This document shows, piece after piece, positions 1-9,321 of a stretch of DNA of 64,000 nucleotides. The notes under the pieces were generated by a model, which worked only from the letters and a program-made list of their open reading frames with translations, had not been told where the DNA came from and did no database searches. This DNA comes from Gemmatimonadota bacterium (GTDB lineage: Bacteria > Gemmatimonadota > Gemmatimonadetes > Gemmatimonadales > GWC2-71-9), in contig JAZDCZ010000180.1 of assembly GCA_036679605.1 (NCBI GenBank), positions 64,001 to 128,000 on the forward strand, in the 5' to 3' direction. Made by a program: the position numbers and the translations under genes. Every line of letters begins with the position of its first letter. Position 1 is the first letter of the stretch.

Positions 1-236
1 TTCTCAGCTCTCACAAAGAGAGCCCGTAACTGGTGACGGCGGTTTACTCTGCTAACGAGATCTGACACCCGGGGCAGCTGCACGGCGGAGCAGAAGACAA
101 ACAGATCCCTCACACGGTCTGGCCGCGGCCGATTGACAACACGAAGCATGTTCGACCTCGGTAGTGCCGTTCTTGGAACCCCCTTGCAAAGGAAGACATT
201 CCACGTACGCTTTCTTCTTGAAGCTGTTACTGACAT
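1..236 (-). CDS. Partial CDS running off the left edge; probable partner of the DUF4160 protein
   Basis: ATG at 236 overlaps the 3' end of the DUF4160 gene. The frame is open to the edge (MSVTASRRKRTWNVFLCKGVPRTALPR...). It is absent from the ORF track because it is truncated. Confidence 0.55.
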   Translation of the reverse strand, partial: MSVTASRRKRTWNVFLCKGVPRTALPRSNMLRVVNRPRPDRVRDLFVFCSAVQLPRVSDLVSRVNRRHQLRALFVRAE

Positions 237-490
237 ACCTTGCACTCCCATTCTTCCAGCAGCCGATCGCGATACTCCTCCACGCGAGCAAGTAACTCCC
301 GTCTGTAAGTCCGCCCCGGCCCACGTCCCCACTTGATCTCGAAGCGCAAGTCCCGAATGGTACAGGTCAGGAAGAACACACGTATCTCCCACTCACCGGG
401 TCGGCGTGCGTGAAAGTGAGGCGGTCTGTGGTCATCGGAGTTGAACCACAGATCAAGCCCACCTACCACGAAAGCGTCAACCTGTCCCAT
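227..490 (-). CDS. DUF4160-family small protein (putative toxin-antitoxin component)
   Basis: 87 aa with F-x-S-x-D-H-x-P-P-H-F-H signature and C-terminal LLEEW, typical of DUF4160. Confidence 0.75.
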   Translation of the reverse strand: MGQVDAFVVGGLDLWFNSDDHRPPHFHARRPGEWEIRVFFLTCTIRDLRFEIKWGRGPGRTYRRELLARVEEYRDRLLEEWECKVCQ

Positions 491-499
491 CGAGGCAAC

Positions 500-554
500 T
501 CATCTTGGTATCAGATGACCCTAAGAAGCTACCGAGCAACCGGCCATATGTCAA
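500..554 (-). promoter_or_regulatory. Sigma70-type promoter plus inverted-repeat operator for the DUF4160 operon
   Basis: Minus strand TTGACA (554-549)-N17-TAGCTT (531-526). TCATCT-N7-AGATGA inverted repeat at 500-518, between the -10 box and the ATG. Confidence 0.6.
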
Positions 555-786
555 TCGCATTTGATACAATATTTGGCCGGTCACGCTCCCCGGAAGCCGA
601 TATCGTTCTGCATTCCTTGCTAAGTATTCGATATTCGACTCGATCGCATAACCGTTCGAACGCAAGGGATGCCCGAAAACCGCGGGCTGTTCTCGATGAC
701 AGTCAGCACTCCCAAAAAAGCACGGAGCGAGCCTCGATCAGATAGTTGCCAGGTTGTTGATAGAAAAACGGACCGGTACGACAGAC

Positions 787-2085
787 CTAAGGATACAGTC
801 GAGCCATCATTCGGGGGAAAGCAATGGCCTCACGGATATGCGGGACGCCGCAGATCCATGCAACGGTACGCTCGACCCCCAGCCCAAACCCCGAGTGCTG
901 AAACGTTCCGTATTTTCTGAGGTCGAGATACCAACCGTACGCCTCTTCGGGAAGCCCTTCCTCTCTGATGCGGTTCAGCAATCGGTCATGATCGTCCTCA
1001 CGCTGGCTGCCACCAATGATTTCCCCACATCCCTCCGGGGCCAGACAATCGTTGCATAGCACGGTCCGGGGGTCCTCAGGGTTCTCCTTCATGTAGAAAG
1101 CCTTCACACGGCGGGGATAGTTATAGACGAACACAGGCCTGTCGAATAAAGCCGCCAGTTTGGTCTCATGGTCGGCCCCAAGGTCACTTCCCCACTCGAT
1201 ATCAGCTCCCATTTCTCGCAGCTTGTCCACTGCCTCGGTATACGAGATGCGGTGGAAGGGTGGAGTGATGTTGGCAAGCGGCAAGGTGTCACGCTCCAGT
1301 ATTTTCAGCTCTTCAGCTCGGCGCTCGAGACAACGCTCCACGATGTAGGAAACGAATTCCTCCTGTAACTTCATGGAGTCTTCGGAATCGTACCACGCCA
1401 TTTCTGGCTCGACCATCCAGAACTCTGCAAGATGACGTCGCGTCTTCGATTTCTCCGCCCTAAACGTGGGTCCGAAGCAGTACACTTTGCCGAGTGCCGC
1501 AGCGGCGGCCTCGAGATACAGTTGTCCGGTCTGCGCCAGGTAGGCCTTCCCCAAATCGAAATAGTCCGTCTCGAAGAGATTGCCTGTAGACTCACCGATC
1601 GAGCCCGTCAACAGTGGGGTGTCTACCAAGACAAAATCGCGTTCGTAAAAGAAATCCCGGATCGCCTGGATTGCCTCGTGACGTACCCACATGATCGCGC
1701 TCTGTTTCTTGGAGCGAAGCCAGAGGTGACGTCGTTCGAACAAGAATGAGGTGCCGTGTTCCTTTTTGGTGATGGGAAAGTCGACACTCTCACCCAAGAT
1801 CTCCAGCGAGGTGACGCCGAGTTCGACACCTCCGGGTGACCTCTTGTCCTCTCGGACCTCCCCTACCACCTCGACCGAAGATTCTTGAGTCAAGTGCTTG
1901 GAGGCGGCCCACACGCCTTCGGCCACGTCGTTCTTGACGACCACGCATTGGAGATAGCCGGTGCCATCGCGTAGCACCGCAAACGCGATCTTACCGCTCG
2001 AACGAACCGTTGTCACCCAGCCGAACAGTTTGACGGTCTCACCAACGTGAGCCGGGAGATCTTTGATCAAGAGATTGTCTCGCAT
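787..2085 (-). CDS. asnS: Asparagine--tRNA ligase
   Basis: OB-fold N-terminus; YLAQTGQLY, FRAEKSKTRRHLAEFWMVEPE, EIIGGSQRE and GFGLGVER class IIb motifs. Confidence 0.96.
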   Translation of the reverse strand: MRDNLLIKDLPAHVGETVKLFGWVTTVRSSGKIAFAVLRDGTGYLQCVVVKNDVAEGVWAASKHLTQESSVEVVGEVREDKRSPGGVELGVTSLEILGESVDFPITKKEHGTSFLFERRHLWLRSKKQSAIMWVRHEAIQAIRDFFYERDFVLVDTPLLTGSIGESTGNLFETDYFDLGKAYLAQTGQLYLEAAAAALGKVYCFGPTFRAEKSKTRRHLAEFWMVEPEMAWYDSEDSMKLQEEFVSYIVERCLERRAEELKILERDTLPLANITPPFHRISYTEAVDKLREMGADIEWGSDLGADHETKLAALFDRPVFVYNYPRRVKAFYMKENPEDPRTVLCNDCLAPEGCGEIIGGSQREDDHDRLLNRIREEGLPEEAYGWYLDLRKYGTFQHSGFGLGVERTVAWICGVPHIREAIAFPRMMARLYP

Positions 2086-2093
2086 TGAGCGGT

Positions 2094-2122
2094 ATCGTAG
2101 CGAGGGCTGTGCGCCCTGTCAA
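2094..2122 (-). promoter_or_regulatory. Sigma70-type promoter of asnS (near-leaderless)
   Basis: TTGACA (2122-2117)-N17-TACGAT (2099-2094), 8 nt before the ATG at 2085. Confidence 0.6.
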
Positions 2123-2136
2123 ACGCTCTCGTAGAC

Positions 2137-2165
2137 TTGCGCGCCCGAGCACGCGTTCCTACGAT
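2137..2165 (+). promoter_or_regulatory. Sigma70-type promoter of the carbinolamine dehydratase gene
   Basis: TTGCGC-N17-TACGAT, divergent from the asnS promoter; AAGGAAG RBS before ATG 2201. Confidence 0.45.
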
Positions 2166-2200
2166 ATCTGGAGGCCCTGCTTTAGTTGAAAGGAAGTCGT

Positions 2201-2545
2201 ATGTCCAGCGATCTCGCAAACAAACAGTGTGTACCCTGTCGTGGTGGCGTTCCCCGCCTCGGGGCAGCGGAGGTGGCCGAGCTTTCTCTCCAGTTGGGGG
2301 GAGATTGGAGGGCGCTCTATGGACATCATTTGGAAAAGGAATATCAGTTTAAGGATTTTGCGTCGGCACTCGCGTTTACGAACCGAGTGGGCGCACTGGC
2401 CGAAGAGCAGGGACACCATCCCGATATCTACTTGGCCTGGGGCAAAGTCGGACTCAAGATCTGGACGCACAAAATCGACGGCCTAACAGAAAGCGACTTT
2501 ATCTTTGCTGCAAAAGCTGACTCGGTACTTGATCGGGACAACTAG
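2201..2545 (+). CDS. phhB: Pterin-4-alpha-carbinolamine dehydratase
   Basis: CVPCRGG N-terminus; AEEQGHHPDI, WTHKIDGLTESDFIFAAK. Start moved to ATG 2201 after the RBS. Confidence 0.92.
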   Translation: MSSDLANKQCVPCRGGVPRLGAAEVAELSLQLGGDWRALYGHHLEKEYQFKDFASALAFTNRVGALAEEQGHHPDIYLAWGKVGLKIWTHKIDGLTESDFIFAAKADSVLDRDN

Positions 2546-4617
2546 CCCACTCTGAAGAGTTCCATGCCTCTTTCGTAGCGTCGCTCGATGCGCTGTCTGA
2601 GGGCCAACCGGGATTTCCCCGATAGATCGGGGTCGGTCGCAATCATCTCCCGTGCCGCGCTTCGTGCCACGTCGATCAAGTCGGAATCGCTGGAAAGGTC
2701 GGCAAACCTCAAATCGATTCCGCCCGACTGACGAGCACCAGCCAATTCTCCAATACCACGCTCCTTGAGATCCAACTCGGCGATGCGGAATCCATCGGTT
2801 GTACGCGCGAAGCGCTTGATCCGATCGGCCGCCACAAAATTGTCTGCCAGGAGAATGCAATGACCCTCCGCTTCTCCTCGACCGACTCTACCGCGCAACT
2901 GGTGGAGCTGGGCGAGGCCGAACCGCTCCGGATGCTCTATGACCATCACCGTCGCGTTAGGTACATCTATCCCGACCTCGATCACGGTGGTAGCCACTAA
3001 TACACTGATTTCACCGTCCCTGAACCCACGCATCACCCCATCTCGTTCTTCCGACTTCATTTTCCCATGCACCAACCCGACCGAAAATGGAGCCAAGCGT
3101 TTCCTCAGCTCCTCGGCCATCGTAGTGGCAGCCTTGAGATCCACTCGTTCGGACTCCTCGATGATCGGATAGACGACGTACGCCTGCCGCTCTTCACCGC
3201 ATTGCTGCTTGATAAACTCGTAAACCGCCGCTCTGGACTTGCCGGAACGGACTCCTGTCTTAACATGGGCAGGACCAAGCGGCTTTTGCTTTAGCGTAGA
3301 AATATCCAGGTCACCGTAGAGGGTGAGTGCGAGCGTACGGGGAATCGGTGTGGCTGACAGCAGTAGAACGTCGGGCGCCTCCCCCTTTTCGATCAAAGCA
3401 GCCCTCTGCTCCACTCCAAATCGGTGCTGTTCGTCTATGACGATCAGACCCAGTCTGTCGAAACCTGTCCGAACCTGAATCAGAGCATGGGTGCCCACAA
3501 CTATCATGCTCTCGCCGACTGCAATTCGCTTGCGAACCATGTCCTTTTCCCGGGCTGTCAGCCTACCGACCAACAACTCCGGAACGATTCCGAGTGGTGC
3601 CAAGAGTTCGCCTATCGTTCGCGCATGCTGTTCGGCCAGAAGTTCCGTGGGCGCCATGAATACTGCCTGATGATCGTTCTCTACAGCCAACAACATTCCG
3701 AAGAGGGCAACTACCGTCTTCCCGGTTCCGACATCGCCCATGAGAAGTCGGTGCATCCTCTCGGCGGCGCTCATATCCGAAGTGATTTCCCTGATCGCCT
3801 TCTTCTGCCCCGACGTCAACTCATATGGCAGGGAATCTTTGAGCGCAGTAGTGAGTTCTCGCTTGACCTCAAACCGCGTCCCTCTCTTGGCACTCTTCGC
3901 CAGATACCTGGCACGTGCAATCACCAACTGAAGATCGAACAGTTCGTCCAGCGCGAGCCGGCGGCGACCATCCTCGGCCATGGCAAGAGATTCGGGATGG
4001 TGAATGGCTAGAAACGCCTTATCTAACGACTTGACGTTCGCTGACCGCCGCAACTCCGGAGGCAGCGTGTCATCCACGCAAGCAACAATAGCGTTTAGGT
4101 GAGAGGCAATCAGACTGCGTACCAACCGGTGGCTCAATCCCTCGGTCGCCGGATAAACCGGAAGAATCAATCCCTTACCCAGATCGTCACCGGAATCCGG
4201 ATCGTCCGGCTCCGCCAACACGATCTGTTCCCGAGGAGTTATCTGTCTTCCGTGGTAGTACTTGACCGGCCCTGTAACCAGCAAGAGCTGGCCGGGCTTG
4301 ATCGTGCGATCTAGAAACGACTGGCCGGGCCAAGCGCACTCGATCATACCAGACGAATCTCTTATGACGGCTCGAAAGATCCTTAGTCTCTTACGAGTTG
4401 GAACGACCCCCTTCGACACGACCCTACCCACGAGAGTCACCTCGCTACCCACTACAGCCTTTGCAATAGGGGTTATGGCCGTGGCGTCCAGATACCGATG
4501 GGGTGCGTGATATAGCAGATCCTCAACCGTCACAACACCAATCCGAGCAAACGCCTCGGCACGACGCGGCCCCACGCCTTTCAAAAATTGAACCGGGGTG
4601 TCTAGCCGCAGCACCAT
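2542..4617 (-). CDS. recG: ATP-dependent DNA helicase RecG
   Basis: LKGVGP wedge start; GDVGTGKT, DEQHRFG, SATPIPRTL, QLHQLRGRVGR, AELDLKERG. Confidence 0.97.
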   Translation of the reverse strand: MVLRLDTPVQFLKGVGPRRAEAFARIGVVTVEDLLYHAPHRYLDATAITPIAKAVVGSEVTLVGRVVSKGVVPTRKRLRIFRAVIRDSSGMIECAWPGQSFLDRTIKPGQLLLVTGPVKYYHGRQITPREQIVLAEPDDPDSGDDLGKGLILPVYPATEGLSHRLVRSLIASHLNAIVACVDDTLPPELRRSANVKSLDKAFLAIHHPESLAMAEDGRRRLALDELFDLQLVIARARYLAKSAKRGTRFEVKRELTTALKDSLPYELTSGQKKAIREITSDMSAAERMHRLLMGDVGTGKTVVALFGMLLAVENDHQAVFMAPTELLAEQHARTIGELLAPLGIVPELLVGRLTAREKDMVRKRIAVGESMIVVGTHALIQVRTGFDRLGLIVIDEQHRFGVEQRAALIEKGEAPDVLLLSATPIPRTLALTLYGDLDISTLKQKPLGPAHVKTGVRSGKSRAAVYEFIKQQCGEERQAYVVYPIIEESERVDLKAATTMAEELRKRLAPFSVGLVHGKMKSEERDGVMRGFRDGEISVLVATTVIEVGIDVPNATVMVIEHPERFGLAQLHQLRGRVGRGEAEGHCILLADNFVAADRIKRFARTTDGFRIAELDLKERGIGELAGARQSGGIDLRFADLSSDSDLIDVARSAAREMIATDPDLSGKSRLALRQRIERRYERGMELFRVG

Positions 4618-5513
4618 CAGTCAGACAGCAGTTGCTCGGCAAACTTGCCGGGCTCGAAAACCTCCAAGTCCTCGAGCTTCTCCCCGACCCCTACGAATCG
4701 AATGGGAATGCCGAGATCTCTTTGCAACACAACCACTGCACCGCCCTTCGCCGTACCATCCAGCTTAGTTATGACCAGGCCCGTTACGTTCACGGCCTCG
4801 GTGAAGACGCGTCCTTGTTGCAGGGCGTTCTGTCCTACGGTTCCATCCAGCACGAGCAAGCTCTCGTGCGGAGCGCCGTCACACCGACGTGCTACCACTC
4901 GCTCTATCTTTCTTAGCTCCTCCACCAAGTCCCGATGCGTGTGCAGCCGGCCGGCCGTATCGATCAAGACCACGTCGATCCCGCGGGCTGTCGCTGCCTC
5001 GACAGCATCGTAGGCCACGGCGGCCGGATCGCCACCTGAGGCCCCGGTGACGCACGTGATATTGAGCCGAGATGCCCACACATTCAACTGCTCCTGTGCC
5101 CCCGCACGAAACGTATCGGCAGCGGCCAACAAGATACTCTTGCCCTCGCCAAGAAGCCGATGGGCAAGCTTTGCGATCTGGGTGGTCTTGCCGACACCAT
5201 TCACGCCGAGCACGAGGATTACCCCTGGACCGCTACCGTCCCCCAGATCGAGAGCACCGGGAACCGCTTCCGGAGTCACGTACTCGACGATTCTATCTCG
5301 CAGCCACTTCCGGACGTCGGCCGGCGTCTTGAGATCTCCGCGGCGCAACTTCTCAGAGAGGTCATCTGCCATTTCAAAGGCGATGGCCCCGAAGTCCGCC
5401 TCAGCGAGGATTCGTTCCACGTCATCCAAAGAGTCTCGATCTATTCCCTTTACCAAGACTCCCACGTCTGTGAGCGCGACACGCCTGATCTTTTGCCACA
5501 GTCCGCCCTTCAC
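4617..5513 (-). CDS. ftsY: Signal recognition particle receptor FtsY
   Basis: GVNGVGKTT, DTFRA, DTAGR, TKLDGTAKGG. Start set at GTG 5513 (GTGA overlap with the upstream stop). Confidence 0.95.
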   Translation of the reverse strand: MKGGLWQKIRRVALTDVGVLVKGIDRDSLDDVERILAEADFGAIAFEMADDLSEKLRRGDLKTPADVRKWLRDRIVEYVTPEAVPGALDLGDGSGPGVILVLGVNGVGKTTQIAKLAHRLLGEGKSILLAAADTFRAGAQEQLNVWASRLNITCVTGASGGDPAAVAYDAVEAATARGIDVVLIDTAGRLHTHRDLVEELRKIERVVARRCDGAPHESLLVLDGTVGQNALQQGRVFTEAVNVTGLVITKLDGTAKGGAVVVLQRDLGIPIRFVGVGEKLEDLEVFEPGKFAEQLLSD

Positions 5514-7354
5514 GGCAACCCTCGACGATGCCGTAAGGCCCACTCCACTGCGAAAGCAGCAACCACGATCACAAAGAGCCACCACTTCTCTCGGGCGAAC
5601 CGCTCGACGAGGGTTGTTCCTAACCCGGCCGACTCACTCCGGATCGTCACGGGTCGCGGGTGGTATTCATCCGAGTAGCGCTCGACCACACTTTGTCCTG
5701 ACAATCGGGGCGTTAGCGTTGGGGTAGACCAGGCGTAGACGCCCGGATCAAGCAACCATGTTGCGACACCACTTGCATCGAATCGAAGTGTCGCCGTTAT
5801 CGTATTCGAACCACTCTCCGGGGCAAAAGAGACGGTCAATGAGTCGGGAATCGAGTCTCCGGTCCAGCGGAACACTGTGGGGTCACCGCGCACGACCACC
5901 GGACTCGCCGATAGCACAGCTCTTCGCCTCACCACTTCCGATCCGAGTAGCCAGTCTACACCTGCGGCAAGAACAGCTCTATACGCTTCACGCGCTGCAC
6001 CGCCCCGGAAGCTCCAACGCCACAAGCCGGCACCGGCCGTCACGAGCCGCCTGACACCGGCGGAGTCGCTACCCAGGAGAACCGCCCGCTCCGCCCCCCG
6101 CCTCCCCCGGCGCGCAGTCAAAACGACCCACTCGTCCGCTGCCGGCACCAGCGGGATCACTCCGGTCAAGGGCGGAAGCGAATCCGTCTCTATGCCGCCT
6201 AGACGTCTCCCCAGCGGGGAAGGCGGAACGCCATTCGTCAGATACCAGTCCCCGGGAAAGAATTCGGTCAGTGTGTCGCTCGATGCCGGCCAGTGCCATA
6301 CTGGCCGTCTTTTTACTCCAGGCACTTCTACCGGTGCCCTCCCACCCCGTGTCACTAGAAGACCTGCGTTCGCGGCGGCCGTCCGAACAGTCTGTTGAGA
6401 GACCGACTCTAGCGTACGGGTGTCGACCCAGCGATCAAGCGATATTCGTGCATAGGACTGTACGCTTCTCTCGAGTATTGCAGATAGTTCCGTTACCAGA
6501 AAACGCCCTTCCCAATCTGAAGGATCGACTACTACTACCACAGACCGTTGCCGAGTCACGGTGACCACACGATCCCGTTCGTCATCCCCGGCTATCGAAT
6601 CACCCTCCATTCTCAACCGGAAGTGCAGGACGGCCGGACCTACCGACAGTGCCCGTGGGCGCAGAGTCAACGTCCTCTTCGCAACACCAGGAGACGGTGG
6701 CAGTCGCAACACCGCCGTGTGGATGACACGATCTCCCAATAACACGTCTAGTGTCGCGCGACTAGTATCTGCGCTGTTCCACGTACCGATTGTCAGGCCG
6801 ATGCGAACGGAGTCGTCAAGTTGCACGCGATCCGGCAACTTCACGTCGAGCAAAGCAGCATTTAGAAGAGTGTCGCGGGGAAGCAGGATAGTCGTTACGC
6901 CTTGCAGCAGCGATGGCGCTATCGTGGCAGCATCATCGATCTCGCCATCGGTGACAACATACACGGGGCCGCCCGAGGCTCTCGCTGCCCGCACTGCCTC
7001 GTCGAGATGCGAAGTTCCCGCTGAGGGAGGGAGGGTATCGAATCGGCTCAAGCCACTGCCGAATCTGGTGACCGTTCCACCGGTGCCCGCTATCGCACGC
7101 GCCGTGTCAATTGCCGCGTTCCACTGCCCACCGTTGACACCCATACTAAGCGATTCATCCAAGAGGACCACAGCTGCGCCCCCGGAGACTCGTACAGTGC
7201 TTCCCGGGTTCACAAGAAGCAACAGAAGGGAGCCAAGCCCCATGGTTCTGAGCGCTGCCAGCCCCAGACCCTGCAACCCCAATCCCTCCCTAATCACATA
7301 GACGAAGCCGGCGACGCCCGCCACGACGAGAACTCCAAGTCCTACCGCGAGCAC
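5510..7354 (-). CDS. Membrane-anchored vWA-like domain protein
   Basis: Two N-terminal TMs; LLDESLSM (DxSxS) and VVTDG MIDAS-like motifs; C-terminal TM ending EWALRHRRGLP. Start set at GTG 7354, overlapping the hisA stop. Confidence 0.7.
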   Translation of the reverse strand: MLAVGLGVLVVAGVAGFVYVIREGLGLQGLGLAALRTMGLGSLLLLLVNPGSTVRVSGGAAVVLLDESLSMGVNGGQWNAAIDTARAIAGTGGTVTRFGSGLSRFDTLPPSAGTSHLDEAVRAARASGGPVYVVTDGEIDDAATIAPSLLQGVTTILLPRDTLLNAALLDVKLPDRVQLDDSVRIGLTIGTWNSADTSRATLDVLLGDRVIHTAVLRLPPSPGVAKRTLTLRPRALSVGPAVLHFRLRMEGDSIAGDDERDRVVTVTRQRSVVVVVDPSDWEGRFLVTELSAILERSVQSYARISLDRWVDTRTLESVSQQTVRTAAANAGLLVTRGGRAPVEVPGVKRRPVWHWPASSDTLTEFFPGDWYLTNGVPPSPLGRRLGGIETDSLPPLTGVIPLVPAADEWVVLTARRGRRGAERAVLLGSDSAGVRRLVTAGAGLWRWSFRGGAAREAYRAVLAAGVDWLLGSEVVRRRAVLSASPVVVRGDPTVFRWTGDSIPDSLTVSFAPESGSNTITATLRFDASGVATWLLDPGVYAWSTPTLTPRLSGQSVVERYSDEYHPRPVTIRSESAGLGTTLVERFAREKWWLFVIVVAAFAVEWALRHRRGLP

Positions 7355-8052
7355 TCTAGCGCCTCTTGCAATGTGAAGCGTCCCTCGTAGATCGCGCGCC
7401 CCACTATGGCGCCGACGAGTCCGGCCGCGGCTGCCCGGCACAGATCGTCGGTTCCCGAGACGCCGCCTGCAACGATCACATCGGCACCCAGTCCGACAAT
7501 TCTTTGCGCGCCAGCCACGTCCGCGCCGCTCACCAATCCGTCTCTCAAGAGGTTACGGTACACAATAGTCTTTACACCGTAGTCCAAAGCGCGATTCACG
7601 AGATCGGGCACGGACTCCTTCACCATTCCACCTTTTCGCAAAGCCGGCTCGCCACCATGAGTATCGATCGCCAGCGCGCACTTTTGCGCTCCGATTTCAG
7701 CTACCAGACTCGCAAACAGCTGGGGCTCAACCGCCGCACTCGTTCCCAGAACCACTCTGTCAGCTCCCGATCGTGCCGCGTCACGAGCCCATCCGATATC
7801 GCTGATGTCGCCGCCCACCTGTATGCTGACATCGTCCATGCTAGCGATCTGCCGAACCACTTCCATGTTGTCGCCACCGGAACCGAATGCGCGATCCATG
7901 TCGACAACGTGGATCCAATTCACACCGTCGCGAACGAACTGCCTGGCCTGCGCTATGGGATCGTCGGAATATCTTGTCTCGCGGAGGTTTTCACCTTCCA
8001 GCAGACGGACTACCCGTCCGCCCTTGATATCGATGGCGGGGTAGATTTGCAC
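7342..8052 (-). CDS. hisA: HisA/HisF-family TIM barrel, probable ProFAR isomerase
   Basis: IYPAIDIKGGRVVRL, HVVDMD, QVGG, AGGV, IVGRAIYEG. Confidence 0.8.
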   Translation of the reverse strand: MQIYPAIDIKGGRVVRLLEGENLRETRYSDDPIAQARQFVRDGVNWIHVVDMDRAFGSGGDNMEVVRQIASMDDVSIQVGGDISDIGWARDAARSGADRVVLGTSAAVEPQLFASLVAEIGAQKCALAIDTHGGEPALRKGGMVKESVPDLVNRALDYGVKTIVYRNLLRDGLVSGADVAGAQRIVGLGADVIVAGGVSGTDDLCRAAAAGLVGAIVGRAIYEGRFTLQEALECSR

Positions 8053-8070
8053 GAATTGTATCCGAGAAAA

Positions 8071-9321
8071 TTAGTCTACGGATGCCGGTTTCAGGGATCT
8101 AAGCAGCCCGTCGTAGGTCATCTTTAGTGACTCGAACTCCGCGCGCAACTGCTTCGGCACTGGTCTACCATCCCCTCTCTGCGCCACTCGGGGATCGCGA
8201 TGGCTGCCACTCTTGAGAAATTCGTAGTGAACGTGAGGGGCGCTGGCCAAACCAGTCATGCCAACGTAACCGATGACTTGTCCCTGCTTCACCCGGACTC
8301 CCGCTTTGATACCCCGCGCCACGCCACGCATGTGTCCGTACCTCGTCTCGATGCCGTTTGGGTGCCGGATGGCCACCATGATACCGTAGGTGCCCCACCT
8401 GCCTGCTCGAACAACCGTGCCGTCGCCCGTGGACTCAATGGGCGAACCAGTCACTGCTGCATAGTCGATTCCTAGGTGCGGGCGATAACGCTTCAGAATC
8501 GGGTGGAACCGTCGTTTCGAGAAACGCGATGTGAGTCGCGCAAACGACACAGGATAGATCTTGAAGGAACGACGCAACGAAAGACCGTCAGCATCGTAGT
8601 AGACGTTGCGACCATTCTTGTCCGTCATGACATAGGCCGTGTTCTCAACTCCACGTGTGTTGATCTTCGCTGCCACTACCCGGCCGAATCGGATATCGCC
8701 CATGGGCGATGTCAATCGCTCAAACAACAGGCTGAAACGATCTCCAGGGTACAAGTCGCGGTAGAAATCGATGATCCAACCGTAGACGCCATCCGCCAGA
8801 TCCCAGGCCAACCTGGTACGCTCCGCCCTGGGGAGAATCGAATCCGGAATCAACGCATCTAAGGTCTCGTACAGAGAAGAGCTAATCGTACCCTCCGCGC
8901 GCTCCATATGTACTGACCAGACGATCTCTTTGGACTCAGACGACCAGGAGTGGGTCGAGTCACGCGAGATAGTCAGGATGCGCTCATCACCCAGTCGGAC
9001 CACTATTTGGTCAGGGATATCTTCGCCGATGGCGTAGCGAAAACGGAACACCTGCTGCGGAAGGATGCGTCGAGGATTCAAACCATCGGCGGCCCGCATC
9101 ACCGCTACCAGTTCGTTTCCAGCAATATTGTGGCGGGCAAAGATATGTGAGAGGGTTTGGTTGTGCTGAACAGTGTCAGCACGTTCAACGTATGCCTTGC
9201 TTATGACAATTGGCGTAGCGACAGGCAGCCGTGATGAGGCAGCCACGCCGGCGGTCCACAGTACCAAGGCAAGCATAACGCCACCGCCCAACAGCGCTTT
9301 GACAGCCTTGGCAAGCATCAA
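8071..9321 (-). CDS. M23-family peptidoglycan DD-endopeptidase (MepM-like)
   Basis: N-terminal TM; RFHPILKRYRPHLGIDY (HxxxD), YGHM and PHVHYE (HxH) zinc motifs. Confidence 0.9.
   Translation of the reverse strand: MMLAKAVKALLGGGVMLALVLWTAGVAASSRLPVATPIVISKAYVERADTVQHNQTLSHIFARHNIAGNELVAVMRAADGLNPRRILPQQVFRFRYAIGEDIPDQIVVRLGDERILTISRDSTHSWSSESKEIVWSVHMERAEGTISSSLYETLDALIPDSILPRAERTRLAWDLADGVYGWIIDFYRDLYPGDRFSLLFERLTSPMGDIRFGRVVAAKINTRGVENTAYVMTDKNGRNVYYDADGLSLRRSFKIYPVSFARLTSRFSKRRFHPILKRYRPHLGIDYAAVTGSPIESTGDGTVVRAGRWGTYGIMVAIRHPNGIETRYGHMRGVARGIKAGVRVKQGQVIGYVGMTGLASAPHVHYEFLKSGSHRDPRVAQRGDGRPVPKQLRAEFESLKMTYDGLLRSLKPASVD

Noticed and set aside
477..920. Short ORFs (62-111 aa) between DUF4160 and asnS, and the CGTTCGAACG palindrome at 653-662
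   Set aside because: No recognisable motifs or RBS, and they overlap the promoter region or asnS; a single 10-bp palindrome can occur by chance.
5047..7301. Long plus-strand ORFs (226, 173, 246 aa) and similar ones at 19173, 23219, 45864 and 56380
   Set aside because: They are antisense shadows of well-supported minus-strand genes in GC-rich DNA, Ser/Pro/Arg-rich with no motifs.
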